NCBI GenBank assembly: GCA_964016885.1
Contig: OZ024742.1
Coordinates: 140,678,001 to 140,742,000, forward strand
Direction of reading: 5' to 3'
Origin: Eledone cirrhosa
Lineage: Eukaryota
DNA length: 64,000 bases
Position numbers and translations under genes: made by a program. This document shows, one piece after another, positions 55,100-64,000 of this stretch. The stretch's first letter is position 1; each line of letters opens with the position of its first letter. The notes beneath the pieces are model-generated. The model was not told the DNA's origin and searched no databases. It saw only the letters and a program-made list of their open reading frames with translations.

Positions 55100-55161
<62 letters not shown>

Positions 55162-57231
55162 GTATAGTTGGGGCCCAATGGCTGAGCTCCTGCTATTTTG
55201 ACAGCAAAATCCAGACTATATATGTATATTATACCATGTGTATCTGGTTTAGAATAGATACACTGTATCCCTGAGTGTTGTGAGAAATTATTAAAAAAGG
55301 TTGGTGTCAGGAAGGACATCCAGCTGTAAAACATTCTATGTAAAAGGAGAGTAAGATTTGCTGGCTACTGCCATCGTGCCACCTCTGAGGCCGTGTCCCC
55401 ACTAGAGCTCTGTAAACCACAAGCAGTCACTAATAACAGGGGGTGCAAGCTCTCCTATCCTGATGTCATCTCTATGGATTCTGGTATTGAAATCCAGCAC
55501 TTGGCAATAAATGAAAGACCCACATGGAGATCAATTGTGGTGTTGATTTCAGCTCAGGCCACCAGATGATGATGTAAAACACAGCCTCAAAATCCTGTCC
55601 AACCCATGCTAATCTTGAAAAATTGGCAAGAAAGCAATGATGATGATAGTCTACATAGAACACTCTCTTTTCCTTTACCTTTCCTATGGAAATACTTCAT
55701 TTATATATATGTATATATGTATCAAAAGTATGTGTACAAACCAATCAAGAAGGAAAGATAGGAAATTAGTTGTGAGAATTATAAGTCAGTAGTGAAGAAG
55801 ACAGTGTGCTCAATGCGTAGAACCTATAACAAGACTGGACCTTTGAATTACTGGTACAAGCAATCCAACAGGCTTCCATACAGTTTCCATTTATCCAATG
55901 TCACTCAGTAGGTTTGGGTTGACTCAAAGCTATGGTAAATGATATATGCCTAAGATGCTACACAATGGAATTGAACACAGGATGTGAACTTCATAAACTG
56001 AAATTAGGAATAGATGCTGAATGTGCTACATTATTATAGTGATTCACAATAGATTGAATCTAATTCTTTCATTGTTCTTTTACTAGTTTCAAGCTTTAAA
56101 TTGTGGATATAATGGGGCACCACCTTGAATGTATTTTTGTTGATTATTTCAACTCCAGTATTTATTTTCTCAAGTTTGGTACTTATTTTATCTCCTTTTG
56201 TTGAATGGCTAAGTTATAGGACATAAGCAAAAAATAAATATAAACACAGACACACATATACATTATATATATGGTGGGCTTCGATCCACATGACATTGGT
56301 CAACTCAAAGCTATAGTACCTTTGCCCAAGGTGCCACACAGTGAGACTGAACCCCAAGCCATGTCATAGTGAAGGAAACTCCTGAACTAAACAGCCATGC
56401 CTGCACTCGATGTATAAAAAAAAAAAAAGCTTTGAATATCAATATTAAATTTGCCAACATACTGGACTAATGTAACAAAATAAATCAAGAACTCTCCAGT
56501 ACCTTGTTTGGCATATATCCAAGGGATTTACTTATATAAGCTGGCTAGAGGAAATTAACAGTAAATTTTTTTTTTCATCATTTACGATATGGATAGAAGT
56601 AGCTAAAGTTGGGAAATGAATACCGTTTCTTACTACAGTAATCCCACCTTAAGAAACTGGACATCAGTTGATCAAAGATTGATAAAATGCCAGATATTAT
56701 TAGTGAAATATACAAAAGACTAGAGACAAATGAGATCTTTCGGAAATACTCTAAAAGATACCTTCGTCAAGAATGTCTATTACTTCTTTCTATTAGATTC
56801 TACTGCTTAAGATCCACAATCATAAATTTCCATTTCATAATTGAAAAGATAATAATAATAATAATTATTATTATTATTGTTGTTGTAGTTATAGGTGCAG
56901 GCTTGACTGTGTGGTTAAAGAGTCCACATATGTGGAGACAGGCATGCATACACATATATGTATTTATGTATGTATGTGAGTGTGTGTCCTTTTATATCCT
57001 GTACATTAGGTGTGCAAAAAACAGAGATCAATAATATAAATACCAGACTGAAATAAGTGTTGGGGGTCGATATGATCGACTAAACACTTGATGGCAGTGC
57101 TCTAGGATGGCCATAGTCCAATAAAAGAATAAAATAATTTTTGTGTTAGAGATATAAATAGCTATATAGGCAGAAGTTGTTCTTGTCTGGATTTAAGCCA
57201 ATATCAATAGAATATCAGTTGATCAACTTAC

Positions 57232-57362
57232 ATGTGTGTCCCAAGTTCTTTGACTTCATGATGAATCACTCCATCAATACTGTCATTTGGAGTGAGTTCA
57301 GCAGTAGGATGTGGGGTCACACCAGAGAGCATCAATCTTTGGGAGCTGGTTTGTAAGTCAGC
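57232..57362 (-). CDS. TRAPPC13: TRAPPC13 exon ([43 protein letters not shown]), most 5' exon found in the window
   Basis: 131 nt, tcctttaacag/gtaagt. Matches human [10 protein letters not shown]...[13 protein letters not shown]. Confidence 0.97.
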
Positions 57363-60300
57363 CTGTTAAAGGAAATAAGAAATTGTTCTTGATTTTAAAG
57401 AAAGAAAATTGTTTCATAACTGATAACTAATTAACTAGTACTTATCCCATTTGTTAACCTATTCTTAATGAAAGATACTGTCTATGATTTTCAAAATAAT
57501 CAAGAATTAGGAGAAATTTAGTAATTTAGAAATTTAGAATATAATTTAATAAAATATTCTTACATAAAATTGTGATGGAAGATTTTTAGATAAATATAAA
57601 CACTTAGAAATAAAGAGTTTTGTATTATAGAACCTAGGGTAACTTCAGATGGTTTGATATCAAAAGGGCTAACAAACAGTTTTGTATCATAGAATCTGGG
57701 GCAGTTTCAGGCAGTTTGATATAAAAAGGGTCCTGTTCTACATTCATTGGCACCCTATACTCTAAAAACTGATTTGCTGAAACCACTACATTTATATACA
57801 ATTCTAAAAATCTAATTTTAAACATATTAATTTTCAAGTACTTTAATAATCTATTTCATCATAAATAAATATTTTGAATCCTGTTATTTTTACTCTTTCA
57901 TTATCATATTTCTAATGAAAAACACTGCTTATGTGTTTCAAATAATTATGAATGTGACCAAAAATTTGGATGGGGAATTTAGTAATATAAAAAAAATCCT
58001 TCTCATTACTAAGTTGGTGTTTGAGATATAATTTAACAAAGATTCTTATATAAAATTATGGTAGCAGGTTTTTAGATAAATAGTATCTTAGAACCAGGAG
58101 TGTTTTCAGACAGTTTGATAACAAAAGGGCTAAAAGATATTTATTAACTGTAGCTAAGATAAGGTAGATTTCTTAGTATATAGATGACCAAGCTAACAGA
58201 AAACTAGATAAGCAGTAGAGAGGTCAACTTTGGAGAGGGATGGTCTCAGCTGAGCTAACTTAATATATACAGTACATGAAGAGTTATAAGATTTAAAATA
58301 CAACTGAAATTTAAAACTCAAATAATTGCTAGATATATAATTTTTCCCTTTATCACTTAGTCTGAGACGGAAGAGCAGCACCAACAGCTCTTTACTTTTC
58401 CAGGGCTTCAATGACTGGTAGAGGAAAAGGAAGATGTTATCCCCAAACTAGAGACTTGGTCAAACTACAGTGAACTTTGCTAAAGACACCCAAGGACCAG
58501 GTGGTTGTGTTAGATTATGAAGTGAATTAAGTCAAGTCTACATTTATTTTATTACTAGGTTTATCATAGTTGATTCTCTAATTAGAATACATCATACATT
58601 CAATGGCATAGAACTGCTTAAAATTCAAGCTGCTATACTCACACAATTTCTCGTCAAGAAAATTAAAATGTAACCTTTTTTGTTATGAAATATGCTGCAC
58701 CCTATGTGTTTTAATTATCTTTGAAAATAATAACAAATTTGAAGGGATTTAATAAAATAACTTATTATTAATCTGGTATTAAGGGCGGTGGACAGGCAGA
58801 AATGTTAGAGTTCAAATACTGACGAGATTAATTTTGCCTTTCATCTCTCCAAATTTCTGGTCTTGTGCCTATGTTAAAAACCATAATTAATCTGGTGTGA
58901 GGGAACATAAAATATTCTCACATAAAATTATGATGGAAGGTTTTAATTTTAATTTAAATCTGAATATTTTAAAAACAAGGTGTATCTTAGGTAGGTTTAA
59001 GTTCCATCCTGGCTTTAGAATTAACAACTTCAATTTTAATCTAAATGACAGACATTACAGAGTTGTATTAGTTTGGCAAGTGATTTGATTTGAGATTGTG
59101 TTGAAACTGAAGCAATAACATAATAGATGAATCAATTTAGCCATTGAAAAAGCTCACAAAATCTGTTGTCAAAACCTTTTGTCATATTCCCTGTGACCTT
59201 GTTACTGACACAATTCCACTGTAATTGGAATTGTGTTACTGACCAGGTTGCAGAGGGTGGGATAAACACCATGAAAGAAATGAAATATGAATATAACAGT
59301 TTTCGTGAAATTAGAATCATTATAAGCACCAGCCTGAGACATTACAAGCATCACTAACAGGACTGTTGCTGTTTTCGTTTTTGGCCTTTTTGATACTAAA
59401 CTGACTGAAATTTCCCCAAAGTCTACAATACTTACATCATTATTTTATGTAAGAACCTTTGTTAAACAGCAGAAAATTAGTTCCTTTCAAGTTTGATAAA
59501 AGAAAGTACTAGTCAAGTCCATGTATTGATATATTCAACTTTCTCTTCTCTTAAATTGCTGGCCTTGTGGCAAAAATTAAAAATCATTATTAAATCCTTC
59601 TAAATTCTTGATTATCTTTAAAATAATTTGAAAATGATAAGCAGTGCCTTTCATTAGAAATATAATAATTGTATAATAATGAAAGGATTAAATTGCTACT
59701 TATAAGCTCTAGTTGCATTTGAAATTGGTATCTTAAACTTTTTAGTCTGTTAATTTCTAGTTGCCAAGTTTAAATCTTGACTGTAATTTTACCTTAATTA
59801 AGTTTAGAAAAAACAAAAACAGATAACTTGGGAAATTATAATGAATATTGTACTTTTAAATGACTAATATCAATATCATTTGATGCTTGTTTTATAAGGG
59901 TTGAACCTACTTTGAACATTTGTTCACCTTTACCTGTCATTGGAAGGAAATCCTGTTAGATTGCTTATTACCTTTCTATTAGCACTATTTTTTTAACCCT
60001 TTCACTACCATATTACAAATCAAAGATACTGCCAATGATTTTCAAATAACCAGTCTACTCAGTAAAATTGTAGCACTTGTGCCACAACAAAAGATACACA
60101 GGTGGTTGGTGTTAATAAGGGTATCCCACCATAAAAACCATGCCAAATATGGAACATATGAGCAAGATGAGGTTGCTCCGACCCATTTGGTCGCAGACTG
60201 TGGCAACCCATGCCAGCATGGAAAAGGAATGTAAAATGATTATGATGATGATGTATTTAATTTATTACATTGTAAAGTCACTAACTAAATGTTTCATCCG

Positions 60301-60786
60301 TGTTGAAATAGTTTTATTTTCAGGGTATAGCATGGGATACTAAAAATAAAGTTGTGAATCCAAATATATACCTCAGAAAGATAAACTATTAACATTAATA
60401 TTGTAAACAGAATATACCAAGTTATGAGTTTAGTATCTAGTATTTTAGATATTGTATATTAAAATATTTATCAGAGATAAACAAATACAAATAAACAAAT
60501 ATAAATTCATTCAATTTAGATATACATTTTTGTTAAATAAACATTAAACTAAAACCAAAGAGAGAGGCAGAGGAAGATTCTGAATGAAGATTTCTTATAG
60601 ATAAGAAATGATATTGTAAAGCATTTATACATTTTTGCTTTCAAACAAAAAATTCTATGATCTAGTTTATGATGGCTTACAAGAAGATATTGGCACATGG
60701 TAGCAAAGTTGAAGAAAAGAAAAGGAACAAGGCAAATAAATGATAGCCATTCCAAGTTGATAGTAGCAATAAAATAACTGATATAA

Positions 60787-60828
<42 letters not shown>

Positions 60829-62167
60829 CACACGCACACACACACACACATATATATATATACCATTCAGAAATGGTTTGCTGCAACAATAACACTGACT
60901 CTTGCGAGCCATCTCTGGATCATATATATTCTCTATGTTTGCTGTAATTCCTTTTATTGATTAACTAATTATACAACCTGCACCTGACGATGTTGCCAAG
61001 GTCTTCTGTCAAGATCAAATGACGTAACTTGGCCATTGAAATATATATAGTGCTTTTTGCAACATTAAAACTTTAAAATTATATTTCCAGTCTGGCCTTC
61101 TGTTGTTTTAAATATATATATATACACAATTTAAGTTATTTTGATTACCAATGGGTTAATCATGATGTAATAAAATCAAAGCACTCAACTTTATGCAAGT
61201 CATCTATCGTAGATGTGGTATCTAGTGGTTGGTGCAGGAATGGAGTAAAATATTTGTAACATGACAAGAGAAGGCCCCAAAATATTAATTCTGTGAAATC
61301 ACTATACATATTTCAATGGCCCAGCTCCATCATTCAAATATGATGCAAGACAGGATGATCTCATCAGGTAACTTTGACAGAATTACATAACAGGGTTATG
61401 TTGAACCCAAACTTATTGAGGAAAATAGTGAAAAGAAAATAGGAAATTGAAAAATGAAAATTCGGTCTGGGGACTGCCTGTAAAAAAAACTGTTGTTTTG
61501 GGAGAAGGCATCAGTGGCTTATTGTGTACTTTAGTGTGAGTGCCTTCCCATAAACATCAGGTGACTTCTGTTAGGACAACTGACTGCCTCAAAGTGAAAA
61601 CAATGTCCCTTGTTAGCAGCATGGATGGATGGAATAATAAGGTCACATTGAAGTAATGCATGAGACAATCAATAAAAGACAGACTACTTAAATTGTCGCA
61701 GTAACAGTGATTGATAATATTACTATTTTCTATTTTTTTGTTTTTCTAATATTCTTTTTGGAATTAAGAGACTCTCTGTGTCCCAAAACCTCACTGGGAT
61801 GCAGATTTTGAAAATACAAACATCACTGTCAAATATATAGTAGATATGTATGCATATTTATTTTATCTTCTGTCTCCTGTAAAAATCAAAATGAGCTGAA
61901 ATATCTGTGAAAATATCTGCATTTTCAAGTAATTCTATATGGATTTGACAAACACTTAAAATGTTAAATTTCACTGATGTAGAATATGTTAAAGTTTGGT
62001 GTAGAAAAACACTAAGTGTGGTTAAGGAGAAGAAGAGTTATTTTAGTCATCTTTGCAAAAAGTTTATCTAAAACATTACTTTCTAGATGTCAAATGTATG
62101 TTAGAAGTCATATATATATATATATGTCTAAACCCATGCTAGCGTGGAAGTTAGATGTTAAATGACG

Positions 62168-62173
62168 ATGATC

Positions 62174-62238
<65 letters not shown>

Positions 62239-62413
62239 CATGATGATGATGATGATCATGATGATGATCATGATGAGGATTATCATGATCATGATGATGA
62301 TGATCATGATGATGATGATCATGATGATGATGATCATGATGATGATGATCATGATGATGATGATCATTATGATGATGATCATGATCATGAAGATCATGAT
62401 CATGATCATGATG
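62168..62413. repeat. Expanded (GAT)n/(GATCAT) microsatellite grown from an RTE tail
   Basis: Follows aacccatgctagcgtggaag..gttaaatgacgat, the RTE 3' terminus. Confidence 0.95.
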
Positions 62414-62434
62414 AGGAGGAGGAGGGGGAAGAGG

Positions 62435-62875
62435 TGTAGCGACTAGCGCCACCTTGCCCGGGGAGAAAAAACTAATTGGAGTTACTTCCCGTTGAATTCT
62501 AGAGGATTCCTTGAACTTCCAGTCTAGGGATTATAAAGGAGGGAGAAAAGAGACATCTTAGCTTATTTGGCGACGGCTCTCGGACAGTTCACTCACTAAC
62601 GAGTTTGTTAACCTTATTATATCTGTATCAAATTAAATTAGTGGTTGGCCCGCAGTGGTGTTTACCAAAGTAAATAACCCTGTGACTAATTCACTAAAAC
62701 CTCATTTGAGAAGTCTGCAGGTACTAGCTGGAAATGACTGGACTGAGATTATCAGTTAGTATTGATATAAACGTAGTCAATGAAAAATTTTAATTTATCT
62801 TTTTCTTTTGTTTCATTTATTTTGTTTTTCTAATATCCAATTAGTTTTTCTCCCTGGGCAAGGTGGCGCTAGTCG

Positions 62876-62880
<5 letters not shown>
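62435..62880. mobile_element. MITE with ~44-bp TIRs and a TGT 5' end (Ginger-like)
   Basis: tagcgactagcgccaccttgccc(g/a)gggagaaaaa(a)ctaattgga at 62437-62480, inverted at 62836-62878 (one mismatch, one indel). Confidence 0.8.
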
Positions 62881-62920
<40 letters not shown>

Positions 62921-63328
62921 ATCATCATCATATCATCATTTTATGTCTGCTTTTTACCCTGACATTGGTTGGACAGGTTATTGTAGTCCAGGATCAGATG
63001 GGTCGGATTGCTCATATGTTCCATATTTGGCATGGTTTATATGTCTGGATGCCCTTCCTAACACCAAGCACCTTACAGAGTGCAATCAGTGCATTTTTTA
63101 TGGCATCCCCACTATTACTTTACAGAGTGTGATAGAAATGTTTCATTATGGTACCAACACTAACATTGTACATCATATATTGTGTAGGACAGAACGAAGG
63201 AGAGACAATATATATTCAACCATCTGGTTATCAAACCAACCAATCAACCACCGGAAATTTATAATAAATTGAAGTGAAAATCAACAGGTGCATGTGTTTT
63301 TATTGTCAGCATGACCCTCCCAAAGTAT

Positions 63329-63370
<42 letters not shown>

Positions 63371-63372
<2 letters not shown>

Positions 63373-63812
63373 TCTCTTCCTGCTATTTCAAGTGTTGAAC
63401 TAATATATTTCTTCCATTTACTGTGCCGCTTGTTTTGTTATTTTTGTTAAACTTTTAAATACATATATATATCAACACTTACGTGGACTTCTCAAATTCA
63501 TTGGATTTTCACCCTGAAACTGGATTTACACCCGGACTTTACCCGAACTTCTACCTGGATATCTTTTTGGATCACTGGATTATTTCCTTTGCTTCTAGCA
63601 TTACATGTATACCCCATGACTCACTATCACTTTTCCTCCACTATCCTCTTCTTACTTCCACCTTCTCCATCTCACCAGTCTTCTATTTCTAACTATCTTC
63701 TGATGAAGGACTAGTGTCTGAAACGTTAAGACTCATTTCCTGCTATTTCAAGTGTTAAACTATTATATTTCTTCCATGTACTGTTTTGTTATTTTTGTTA
63801 TTTCTGTTTACC

Positions 63813-63817
<5 letters not shown>
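63371..63817 (+). mobile_element. Retrozyme / Penelope pLTR-like unit (~360 nt plus ~90-nt terminal redundancy)
   Basis: Direct repeat 63371-63457 vs 63731-63817, a hammerhead motif just before the second copy, and (TA)n/(CA)n flanks. Confidence 0.7.
63696..63731 (+). ncRNA. Minimal type I hammerhead ribozyme candidate
   Basis: tctt-CTGATGA-a-GGAC-tagt-GTCT-GAAA-C-GTT-aaga. Stem I tctt/aaga, stem II ggac/gtct, and palindromic AACGTT for a dimeric stem III. Confidence 0.65.
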
Positions 63818-63847
<30 letters not shown>

Positions 63848-64000
63848 ACAAAGAAATAATTGTTTTATGAAGCTTTGAGCAAATTTGAATTTGAAAAGTA
63901 TCTTAGCTTAGTGTAAGTTGCTACAACACAGGTTTAACTATAAAATACTCAAACAAGTTGGGCATATAAATCCCCTATAGATGGAAAAAAAGTGAACAGA

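Noticed and set aside
62108-62452. His-rich, Asp-rich and Met-rich ORFs
   Set aside because: Translation artefacts of a (GAT)n microsatellite. The same applies to ORFs over (GAAA)n, (TA)n and (CA)n.
57363-64000. Upstream TRAPPC13 exons or a nested SHLD3-like gene
   Set aside because: No GNIFLGETF/HNDS-type exon or credible ORF was found by eye. The gene's 5' part lies outside the window.

Overview
AT-rich, repeat-dense eukaryotic DNA. The tRNA-derived SINEs, RTE LINEs with a PHD-like Cys cluster and microsatellite load suggest a coleoid cephalopod such as Octopus (inference). The window holds the last two coding exons of an SGT co-chaperone gene (+ strand, 382-1578). It also holds, convergently, eight coding exons of TRAPPC13 (- strand, 57362 down to the stop at 2633), which splice in frame with GT-AG junctions; the 5' exons lie beyond the window. 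The introns, one of them 33 kb, are filled with a 5'-truncated CR1, a near full-length but frameshifted RTE, a Penelope fragment, non-autonomous Helitrons, piggyBac-like and Ginger-like MITEs, SINEs and mini/microsatellites. The best leads are a ~360-nt hammerhead-ribozyme retrozyme/Penelope pLTR-like unit (63371-63817), a frame-preserving 21/48-nt cassette exon candidate (16406-16453), the tail-to-tail SGT-TRAPPC13 pair with a palindromic two-way poly(A) signal (2518-2531), and a candidate poison exon (10448-10511). Repeat boundaries were read by eye and are approximate.
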